Positions 25,979-36,647 of a stretch of 64,000 nucleotides of DNA are shown piece by piece; the first letter of the stretch is position 1; the number at the start of each line of letters is the position of its first letter. The notes beneath the pieces were generated by a model that was not told the origin of the DNA, did no database searches, and saw only the letters and a program-made list of their open reading frames with translations. The stretch is taken from NCBI GenBank assembly GCA_904063045.1, contig CAJFCJ010000004.1, forward strand, positions 1,419,713 through 1,483,712, in the 5' to 3' direction. The translations under genes were made by a program, and so were the position numbers. The stretch is from Dimorphilus gyrociliatus. Its lineage: Eukaryota > Animalia > Annelida.

Positions 25979-26326
25979 ATGCAAACTTCGACTGAATCCG
26001 TCGAACGATCATCAATAAATCTCATCATCCCCATATCGACTCAGACAACTGGCACTAATCGACGGGAGGAAGAGCCAAGCGCCCTCTACAGTCCCGCTGT
26101 CCCAAATTTAATTATACTAACCGTAGTCCTTCTCTCGGTTCTCTTAGCTGTTGCTATAGGCCTGATTCGGCGAAGATTAAAGAAGTTTAAGACAGAAATC
26201 GACTCGTCCTTTCTAGATCGATACCGGCATATTTACGAACCATTGGCTGCTGGACCGGCCGATGAATATGATAATACTTTCGTGGGTGTATCCGTTCCAC
26301 TGTTACAAGATAATACAAAGATTTAA
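25979..26326 (+). CDS. Small single-pass membrane protein (115 aa)
   Basis: S/T-rich N-terminus, TM LIILTVVLLSVLLAVAIGLI followed by RRRLKK stop-transfer; tail with YEPL and …DEYDNTFVGVSVPLLQDNTKI. ATG taken at 25979. Confidence 0.75.
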   Translation: MQTSTESVERSSINLIIPISTQTTGTNRREEEPSALYSPAVPNLIILTVVLLSVLLAVAIGLIRRRLKKFKTEIDSSFLDRYRHIYEPLAAGPADEYDNTFVGVSVPLLQDNTKI

Positions 26327-26576
26327 TATCTAATTTATAAAGGACAACTACAGACATGTAATGAAGGAGGAGATATATTTATATATTCCAGTATATACTG
26401 TATAAACTATATTTTTATCTTACACAATTGAAAAACATCTTTGTACTGTGTTCTTTTTTCTAAGAAAGTATGAATTTAAATCAAATTTTTTCCATATTTC
26501 ATGGTCCAAACTGTTTCTTAAAATACGTACACTCTGGCTAATTGCAAAAAACGCACAGAAACCAGGAGGGAGAAGA

Positions 26577-26579
<3 letters not shown>

Positions 26580-26610
<31 letters not shown>
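26580..26610. repeat. (GA)n microsatellite
   Basis: Pure GA run. Confidence 0.9.
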
Positions 26611-26618
<8 letters not shown>

Positions 26619-27707
26619 GGAACAAAAACTGAGAAGAAGCATTTGTTATGTAACAGATTTTTGCTTTGGAAATGAAAAATTTATTGAATAAAAGAAAACA
26701 ATAAAAAACTAATACTGAAAGGTAAATAATCACCATAAGTTGAATAATAAATATTAATTGGCGAAATTAATCAAATGATTTATTGCGTAATACAAAGAAA
26801 GCATAGTATCTTTAAAAGCTTCAACTCAACTTATCTCTGACTAAGATAAAGTATCCATGGGATTATATTAGAGAACGACAAACAATTCGATGTTTGTATG
26901 CTGCACCCCCTATTCTTAATATAACTGCATCACGTCTATTCCAGTTTTTGCATTAACCTTGTTTGCAGATTCCCTTACTTGCATTGAAATTTTTCAAATG
27001 AAATCATCAATCTTACAAGGAAAATATAATCAATGTGTATGTGGAACGATAGTATAAATTTATAAATTATGATTGAAAAGATTTCGAAAGCAAAGAGAGA
27101 AGAAAAGGAAATTTGTTTTTTCTTTTTTTGAAAAACTTAATCACTTTTAAGATAAGGGCGAATTGGGGTTAGAAAAGGGAAAGTAAAGGAAGTCATGGTA
27201 AACTAAGCATAGAAATTTTTTTTAGTTAGAGAATCAAATGCACTAAGAAAGTCAATCTGGATACTTCCGCTAAGCTGAAAGAAACAAAGGAATACTGGAA
27301 AATCCTCTTGCTAAAGAGGATTAATTCCCCCTTAACTTTTTTTCATCTTTAACCGGTTTTCTTTCCCCTTAGGTTTAAATATACGGTCATTTTTTTTGAT
27401 TACGCCAATTATTGAGTATATGAAAGAGAAAAATAGGATATTTCTAATCATATAATACAGATGTACAGATAATAAAAAGATAATTATTTTTAGTTTATCA
27501 TCTTTACACTTCTGTTACCTCTGGTAGTTCTATTTCATTAAGTACTGACGCATCTATCATTATTAAAAATCGACAATGATTTTATTAACAAAACGCTTTT
27601 TCTTATTCGCTTCTTCTGATAAAGAGAGTTTTTCTTTCGATACAAACTTCAAATGAACGTGACGTTTCGAAATCAGATTTTTAATTTTCAATTTTCATAA
27701 ACTAAAT

Positions 27708-27971
27708 ATGAAAAGAATTCTTTTTATTTCATTCATTCCTTGCCTCCTTGTTTGTCAGGGTTCGTTAGGACAAAATAACCCCTTTAAGAACCTCTGTAAA
27801 ACTTCTTGCCGAGAGGCCTACAACAATTGCTTAGCAAAATGCGGAAATATACGGGCAAAAAATCTGATGGGAAATATAGACTGTTCTAACTTGTTGCAGA
27901 ACTGTAGAAGGAATATGGATCCACAATCTGCGTGCTATCCAGCTTGTCAAGCGAAATGGGCGGCAACGTAA
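27708..27971 (+). CDS. Intronless secreted 8-Cys peptide (87 aa)
   Basis: Signal peptide MKRILFISFIPCLLVCQGSLG; mature part has C-x3-C-x6-C-x3-C-x13-C-x6-C-x9-C-x3-C. Confidence 0.85.
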   Translation: MKRILFISFIPCLLVCQGSLGQNNPFKNLCKTSCREAYNNCLAKCGNIRAKNLMGNIDCSNLLQNCRRNMDPQSACYPACQAKWAAT

Positions 27972-28445
27972 CTTGTTTTTTTAGTTTCAGATATACTCTC
28001 TCTCTATATATATATAGATATACTCTATATAGTATATAGAATCCCATATTTTTAAGCAACTTTTATAGAAAGACACTCATAAAACAAACTTTTACTGTCA
28101 ATTGTCTTCAACAAATAACTTATACTACAGGGAATGTAAGAGAAAATGTAATAAAAATTACAAAACGGGCTTCGGATGTCGGAATCGTTGTAAAAGGATA
28201 GCCAATAGAGTTCTTCTAAGGCGATAAGGGAGTATACGGTCGCTGATCGATTTTTTAAAGCCATCACGTGACTACCCTTTTTATTTATCCTTCACAGTTT
28301 TGGATAATATTATTCATCGGAGTCTTTGCCTTGGAAGGCCTATAGTACGGGCGTAGCTCCATTCTTTATTGTATTCGTATATCGGTGTGTTTCTCGAGAC
28401 CGCTTTTAAGCTGCATTAAGCTCACCTTTACCTTGGCCGAGATTG

Positions 28446-28453
28446 TATAAATA
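28446..28453 (+). promoter_or_regulatory. TATA box of the SUEL/CUB-like gene
   Basis: TATAAATA 56 nt upstream of the ATG at 28502. Confidence 0.5.
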
Positions 28454-28501
28454 GAGAAAGACTTCACCTTCGATTATTCACTCCGCTAGAACACAGTCAC
28501 G

Positions 28502-31466
28502 ATGAAGGCTTTACTTCGCAATATATTGACGTTTTCACTTTTACTTCAAACTATTAACGCCATTTGTAATAAAGGTAACTATTCTCTGTCTATAATGAAA
28601 GTTTGTAAAATTTTAAATATGTAATTAGAAAAAATGATATAACATTTCCTACGAATTCATGAGAATTATACCGCTTCGTGAATGAAAATAAACATACTAT
28701 ACAATGTTTTTTTCTTTCGTTTCAACTGTCATACGCAACCTAGGAGGGTGCGGTTTACCGTGACTTAGTCAAAAAGGAATTGGGGAGAAAAATATTTCCC
28801 GCCCACCCACTCCCCCTCCTTATATACATTTTTAAAAGATAAATATATTCTCTTTTTTCTTCTTTCTCTCTTCTTCTTCTACTTACAGTTATCTTTCTTC
28901 GTAGATATTATATATTTCTTTATTCTTTTCATTTCTCGCAATGAGAGTTTGGTATTATAATTAAAAAAATAAATTGATATCCTATTTATTCTACTCTTTT
29001 TAGATATTCTTTATGCTTTTCCTTTTAAGAACTCTTGTAATTTAATAAACTTATTAAATCGCCAAAAACTAGAATTATTATTATTAATAGTATTTATATT
29101 AGTTTTAAACTAAGAAAATATAAGGGGGAAGAGCATTTGTAAATTGAACTAGATTGCTCACGCTTAATCTAATGGATTCTTTACATTCCACTACTAAAGA
29201 GAATACCCACAAGATTGCAAAGTACTTTTGAAGTTAATTATAATCAAAGTGATTAGTTTTTTTTGCTCTTACACAAGTTCTACTAAAAAAAAAAGAAGAT
29301 ATTTTTACTGTTTCGTTGACAATTTTATGTAAATTCTATACTATACTTAATAAAACCATTCACTTTAGTTTAATTTCTAGAGTTTTATTTATACGAATAT
29401 AAAAAAAGACTTTATTATTTGTTTTTGGATAAAACTATAATCTTTAGGGATAAGATATATACCTTATTCACTTTATATACTGTATACAATAACCTTTTTG
29501 AAATAGTTCAACGGGAAGATGTATTCTACAAACCTGAAAGTGTTTCTTTCACTTTGGACTGTCCTAGAGGAAGTACGATACAATTTGTCGAAGCCAAACT
29601 CTACAGGGACAACTGTCAGTTGGCGGACGCTCTGAGCTACATGAGAAGAGCCTGTTTTTTGTCAGATATATGCGCAACCGGACTGGATCTTTTTCAGTAT
29701 AACACTACAGCTTGTCCAAGTTCGCCAAATGATTCAGAGCTCAGACTTAAATGGTTCTGTGAACCAAAATTAGGTTCTGTAGGAACAATTTCGAAAGATT
29801 TTTGCACTGATACCGTCTCAAATCAAGGATATTACTTTATGCTTACGTCCACAACATATATAGAAACAAAGTGCATGTGCCGAATGACGGTCCCGGCTAA
29901 TCATGAAGTGGTAGTACAATTCACTGCGTCAACTAAACCAGGAGAATTTGACGATTGTAAAAATCATCTCTTAATCGGAGAAGACAGCAGCTCTCCAACT
30001 AAAGTATGTTCACGGGATTCTGTTTCGATACCTTGTCAGGATAAGGAAAAGACGTTATATTTTGCCGTTGAGAAGATTGGCGGTAAAATATATTACAACG
30101 CCGAAATTTCAGGTATGAATACTCATTTTCTTCATAATTTTCCGCTTTCTTAAATAATATAAGAGCCTATTTTATATATCTTTCATCCTCTTTCCTCTTC
30201 ACTCGCTGCTAGCAATTGTTTAATTGAAAGAAGTGACAATCATTGGCAAATGATAATAAAGATAATAGATTTTTATGTAATTATTTACGTACGATAGAAA
30301 CTTATATGATGAATCTATTTGCTGTATATTCGCTCTATTTATTCCTTTTATGGTCAACGATGTATAACCAATCATCGCATTTGTCATATTTCTCACTGTT
30401 TATGAGGTAAATTACCGTCACGCGACTGTCGTTGCTTTGACATCACTAACTCGTGTGTCTATGATATAAAATCAATCGGATTTTACATGTACAATCGTGC
30501 AAGTTGTCGAACCTCACTAAAAGAAGATTATTAACGCGTGATCTAATCTACTTTCTCATATCTACTTTCGTAAACAATTTAGAAGATTAAACAACCTAAC
30601 AGGAAAACAAAGCTTAACCCCTTAATGGTAAATTAATAGACATTTTTAAGGCTTAAATGCTGGACTTTCCCTTTTAATATACTTCAGCTATTTTCAGCTT
30701 TTTGACCTTTCTTTGATTATTTTAGCGTAAAAAGCAAATCTGAAATAACTCTTTTAGTAAGTTTGCGTGAATAAAATTTTCCTTTTTTCTCTTCCCTAAA
30801 TAGTAAATGACACATCACCAAATCAACTAGAAGTTATTTGCGGTTTAAGAGCTCCTATACCAGCCAGACAAACCACTACAAGCAACTTTGAACCTACCAC
30901 AAACTCGAAAACAACTACGAGTGAACAAGAAACTACAACAAAACTGAATGAACAAGAAACTACGGCAAAACCTAGCGTACAAGAAACAACACAAAAAATA
31001 GTAGACACTACAAGAGGAGAAGTTTCCACAAGAAGCAATAAACAAACGACTGCAGAAATGAACAGTCCAGATTTTATTTCCATTTCAAGGTGGTTTGGCA
31101 CAACATTACCGCCACCTGCAGGATCTGAGGATGATAATAGCGATGATGACATAATCCCAAGTATATATTAATATCTTCTTTTACAAGAAAATTTATTAAT
31201 TTTATTATTTATTTCATCCTTTTTTTAAAAAACAGTAATTATTGGAATATGCGTGGGAATTGCCGCACTTATTTTACTTGTGACTTTAATAGCACTACTC
31301 CTTAGATACAGGTAACATTATTATCATAAATAAGAGAAATTAAGTAATTATACATCTGAATATTTCATTAATTAGATCTGATTCAAAGAAGAAGGCACAT
31401 CAATCAATGGAAAATTTAACTACAGTAGAGAAACTCCAGTCGAAATCTTTTAAACCTCCAAATTAA
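28502..31466 (+). CDS. Type-I membrane protein: SUEL-lectin-like + CUB-like domains, mucin-like stalk, TM, short tail (exons ~28502-28574, 29507-30112, 30804-31160, 31236-31310, 31377-31466)
   Basis: Signal exon MKALLRNILTFSLLLQTINAICNK; LDCPRGSTIQFVEAKLYR…C…C…C…L…C fits a SUEL-type lectin fold; second Cys-containing beta-type module; Thr-rich stalk (TTSEQETTTK…); TM IIIGICVGIAALILLVTLIALLL; all junctions in frame. Confidence 0.78.
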
Positions 31467-32922
31467 AAAACGAAATCTTGAGAGATATAATGAATGGGGA
31501 AGAGCTTCTGTAGATATTACATGCAGTATACAGTATATATATACAGAATATATATATATATACAGTATATATATTTCTATTTATACTCATATATCATTTT
31601 TATAACGTTTTCAGTGGAAAATATCGGAAAAAATGATAATTTTTTCAAAGATATTCCATACAGTAAAAAGTTTTAAACTTGTATTCATCTAGTTCTTCTA
31701 TAACTTGATCAATTTGTATGTTATTTATTGTCCAAGAAACTGCTGATTATCTCTCATTTATAAATTACTTATTTATTTAAAGAAAAATGAGGAAAAAAGA
31801 CGATTTAAAATTATTTTTCTTCTTTTTTTCTTTTCGTTTACAGTTGCATTTTTTAACTATTTTTGTACTAGATCAATGATATGTTTTTTATTTACTTCTT
31901 TTATAATATAACGTAAATAGAAAAAGAATCGGCCTTTTCTTATTTTTTTTAACAATTTTGGCAATTTTTCTATAAATAGATATATAAAATATTTCTTAAA
32001 AGGAAATTTAACGATAAACACTTCAGGGTATCTTTTCTCTGAAAATATAAAAATTTCAAAGTCTAGTCAAAGATCTAGGGCAATATTAAGACATATATAT
32101 ATATATATATATACTGTATATTTTTACTTTAAAGCTACTTCTTTCCAAGCTCGTCTTTATCAAATTTACATAAATGTTCCTTTTCTCTATCAGGCAAAGA
32201 ATCGCTTTTATTTAATAAATTTCTACCCCGCTTTTGCGCCTAAAACTATTTTATAAATGCGTTCTTCCGGTTCAGTTGTAACTATGTTGGAAGAATTCTC
32301 TCTTTCTCTGTTTTATAACTATCCTTAGGCGTCTATTAAAAGCGTCTGTTTCGACACTGTCAATCCCTGGTAGATGAGATGTAGATAGGAAAAACAGTAA
32401 AACGTTTCTTTTATTCTATAAATAGCAACAAAAAACAGAAACTAAAAAAAACCGCTCAGATATATTTTGTAACATCACGAACAATTTTACATTCAGAAGG
32501 TGTCCTGCAGGAAAAGTAAACGCCTTCCTAATTCATGTTAACCTTGCGAATTTGCTTATTATCCTCCTCTTTAAAATTGTAATAAGCTTTGTTACTTTTA
32601 TTTTTAGAAAAAATGATAACATTTCATCATTTTGCATTGTAAAAATATTTGTCCTATTGCTTATCAATCTTTTCAAATGTACTTTACTTTTAGAATTTGC
32701 TGAAAGTAAGAGATAGGAACCTGTAATAGAGCTTATTATAAAATTCCCTTAAATTCAGGTTATGCATGAAAAATCCCGTTTATTTGAATAATTGTTGTGT
32801 TTTCCTTTGTTCATGCTCTTAAGGATCGATATTTAATACAGTAGACCTTTAAGTATTCATAATCAGTTGGGATTATACCGTAGATTATACAGGAGGGTCT
32901 TTTCGTGTTGAACAGCCAAAAC

Positions 32923-34076
32923 ATGGCGAATAAATGGAATTATCCAGTTATTGCAGATATATTGGAAGAAAGAAGAAAATGGGAAGGTAATTATTTAATA
33001 TATTGCAATCATTGAGTAGTACGTATGCATATTAATATTTCTATTAAATACCATTACAATTCCATGTTAAATAGACGAGAGTAAAATATTGAATAACACT
33101 AGTTGAATTTTTCAACAGATATCTGTTGTTATGACAAATTCAGTATTTATTGTACAGAATAAGAAAGCTCTAAAATTAATGTTTATTGCTCTAATTCAGA
33201 ATAGATAGATTATTATTCAACACTAAAAAATAAATAGTAAGTAAAAGAGTCGTATTCAGGTCGAACTCCTTTAAACATTATCAACTTAAGTCAATAAAAT
33301 TGAAAGATATTGAATATCTTATTATGAATTACATAATTGCAATATTAGTATTATATTGTGTCAACTAGCACTTGTTTTTTTATTAAGTTCTTCAATCTTA
33401 ACTTTTCGAGCACTGTGTAAAGGAGTTTAGCGGAAAAGTCAACTTTGAAAGAATGTTTTTCTAATAACTCCATCTGCAGGCAAATACAAACGACAGCTTA
33501 AATAAATATGACTTTGAAAAATTCTTTTCAGTAAGAATAAAGAGTTCGTGCTCTGTGCCCAAGAAATTTCCCCTTCATAAACCTTTTCAGCGGCCACCCA
33601 AACCTGAACCACTTAAAGTTCAGCCAATGCAAGATACGAATATCTACACGGCTTTTAGAATAAAGCCAATTAAGACGCGTAATAAAAGTATTTCTGCACC
33701 GTGTTCGACCCCTCCATCTAGACCGATATCTGGTCGAACTCGCTATTATGGTCCACCCGTTCTAGAGCAAGTGCCTACTATAAATTCAACAATTTCGGTA
33801 AGTATTAAAAGACGTACAAACTCACCAGTAAATAAGATAAAAAGAGTTCAATCGGCCGTCACTCAAAGAAGGGATGACGAAAAAGATTTTAAAAGAGAAA
33901 AAGTAGTAGAACTAGCCAAGAGAAGAGCGGTAAGTGCTCCTCCAAGAAGACAAAAACTTGAAGAATCTCTGCAAGATCAACTACTAAAAATGTATGAACA
34001 ATTTAACTATGAAAAGAAAGCAAACGGAATAAATGGACTATTCGTAAGAAAAATGACTTTACACGATAGATTATGA
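32923..34076 (+). CDS. Uncharacterised basic, Pro/Ser/Arg-rich protein (5' exon structure uncertain; main exon ~33480-34076)
   Basis: 173-aa ORF extends upstream in frame to a ctgcag acceptor; candidate upstream exon MANKWNYPVIADILEERRKWE with gtaatt donor, but the phases do not match directly. Confidence 0.55.
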
Positions 34077-34971
34077 TTGACTAGAAGTAAGGAAGAAAGA
34101 AATAGAGAGAGAGAGAGAGATAAAAGATATTATATATTCATGATTGTTCAGAATATCTTATATTAGCTAATTACCAAATAAGAAGGATATTAAATTGGGC
34201 ATTCTAACTGATAAATTAAATTAGCTATATTGAAACTATTGCTGTTTATATAATAATTCATAAGAGTTATTCAATTTGTTGATTATAAATAAATAAATTT
34301 ATATATATAGTGGTCACGCACATATTTTTTATTTAATTTAATCTTAATTCTATTTCGGAAAATAAGATCAATAACGTTCTTTTATTCTTCGATTAATATC
34401 GCTAATATATCATAATTTCTCGCTGACTTATCCTATAAAAAAAGGCACTTTACTTAAAGAATTGAATAATAGGTCTTTTGGTTAGTCAGACCGATAATTT
34501 TAGAATTAACAGAATGGAGACGAAGGTGGGGTGCGGCTTGGGCTGTGTCTGCGAGGAATTAGAAGTTTACTAAAGTAGAAATTCCCTTTGAAAGTGATAT
34601 ATTCAAGTATTGTTTATCGTTAAAATCTCCATTTAATCTTTTGAATAGAGGGATCAAGTATTGTTTCTATTTTTTAGTACATTGCAAAAGTTTCTTCTCT
34701 ATTTAAAAGTAATCTTTAAAAGTAATCGAAAGGCCGATTTACATAAATTCTTTTGTCTTATAACATAATTTAATACCAGTGTAACTATTTATACAATTGA
34801 ATTTTAAATTGTATCGTATTGTTAGTCATTAAATATGTAATTGTAGGTAAAAAACAATGTTTGTCGATAGCGTAAATCGACAAATGAATAGTTATATATG
34901 CGTACCACATAAAAACCATGGAGGGAATAAGATGGTTTCTTATTCCCCCCGGAAACACAACCCTCTCGATA

Positions 34972-35010
34972 TTCTGAGTCAGAAATTCCCTGTTGTTTCT
35001 GACGTCAGAA
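34972..35010. promoter_or_regulatory. Paired palindromic AP-1 (TGAGTCA) and CRE (TGACGTCA) sites upstream of LITAF
   Basis: TTCTGAGTCAGAA at 34972-34984 and TTCTGACGTCAGAA at 34997-35010, about 110-140 nt before the ATG at 35117. Confidence 0.6.
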
Positions 35011-35116
35011 TTTAAGAAAAACCATCGGCAATCAGAAAACGCCTTAATATTCTCTGATTTCGAATAGAAAAATTGATTTCATTTTCCTTTCTATACTGTA
35101 ATCGATTTGTAAAAAG

Positions 35117-36647
35117 ATGAAGGTTAGTAGAATAAAATGTCACCTGTCCAGAAATCATAAATGCAATACTTTGAACAATTGCGCCGCATTTTACTAATAC
35201 TTCGTTGCCATAACCAATGTAAACATATAACTTATTTCCTTTGCAGGCCGATCCATCAGCTCCACCTGTTCAGCCCTATGGAATCAATAATCCTCCCGCT
35301 TATACTGATGCAACCAACCCCGCCTATCCTCAAGGTAAATGAACTATTTAATTCATAGTTGGCAATCTAGAATGAGTCATGAGGCATAGGCATGCAAAAC
35401 ATGCTTGAACATTTAACTCCCTATTTAATAACAAGCTATAATCATAATTTTTCAATCTTAACAAGTGTTTTTTATACAGGCTATAGTCAACCTGCCCCGC
35501 CTATGGGACAGTCTTACTATGGGTCTCCACCCCTAGGTCAACAGAACTATGGACCTCCACTACAAGGACCTGGTTAATTTATTATCTAATATTTAAAATT
35601 ATAAAATTAAGTATACAAATACTGAATTACATCAATTAGAAGGAAGAAGTGTAAGAATAAGAATATTATAGACCTTGGAAATGTTCCCTTCTTCATGATA
35701 TAATGATTTGAACAAGTTAAGACATAGGAAATATAATTAGCAGATCTAATATTTTTACACATATATATTTATATATATATATACAAACTGGTACTGTATA
35801 AAATGAAAGTATATAATACCTCTTATCATCTTTCCAGGATATCCCTACTACAATCCGGGTAATTTTTTCTGATCTAAATATTAATAGATTGTAGTAGAAA
35901 GGTATATTATTAATCTATACTGTTGTACTATTGCATGTAGGTATTTTCGCGCCATATAATGATATTGTTTTATTTATGAAGAGCAGTATATAATCTTTCT
36001 TTTTCTTATATAATTCGTTTAGATGAAAGTCATTAGTTGATAGTAGCCGTTACAGAATATACATTATTACTAATATATATTAATATACTTTATATATATG
36101 CATATATTGTATATATACAGTATAGACTTGTATATGTATTGATACTTTTAAAATCAAAATATCCACAACAATAACAAGATGTCATGATGTCATTAGTTTT
36201 GTTCTTATTTAAGTTATTGTTAAGCTTACTAGCAGATAAATTCGTTCTTTTGTGCATGTTTGTAAAATTATAGAAATTATATATACACAATAGTATACTA
36301 TACATTATATATACTTCATCAAGTTTTTTGCTGTAATAGGTCAAAACCTAACTTCAACTACCACAAATGTTACTATACAACCTGGAGCAATGCCTGCGAC
36401 TTCGATGATTGTACAACATTTCCGGGAAAGTCCTATCAGAATCAACTGCAATTTCTGCAAAGCTGATGTTGTTACAGCAATCAATTATGAAACGGGAACT
36501 CTTACGTGGGTTGCAGCTGGAGTGATATGCCTTCTTGGCTTTGTTATCGGATGTTGCCTTGTGCCATTTTGCATTGATGGATGTAAGGATGTTGTTCATA
36601 CTTGTCCAAATTGCCGTCAAGTAGTTGGACGATATAATAGGATGTAA
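35117..36647 (+). CDS. LITAF: LITAF/CDIP1-family protein (171 aa; exons 35117-35122, 35247-35334, 35480-35572, 35838-35858, 36340-36647)
   Basis: Pro/Tyr-rich N-terminus (PSAPP, PPAY) and LITAF domain CNFC…hydrophobic segment…GCCLVPFCIDGCKDVVHTCPNC; five exons join in frame. Confidence 0.92.
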
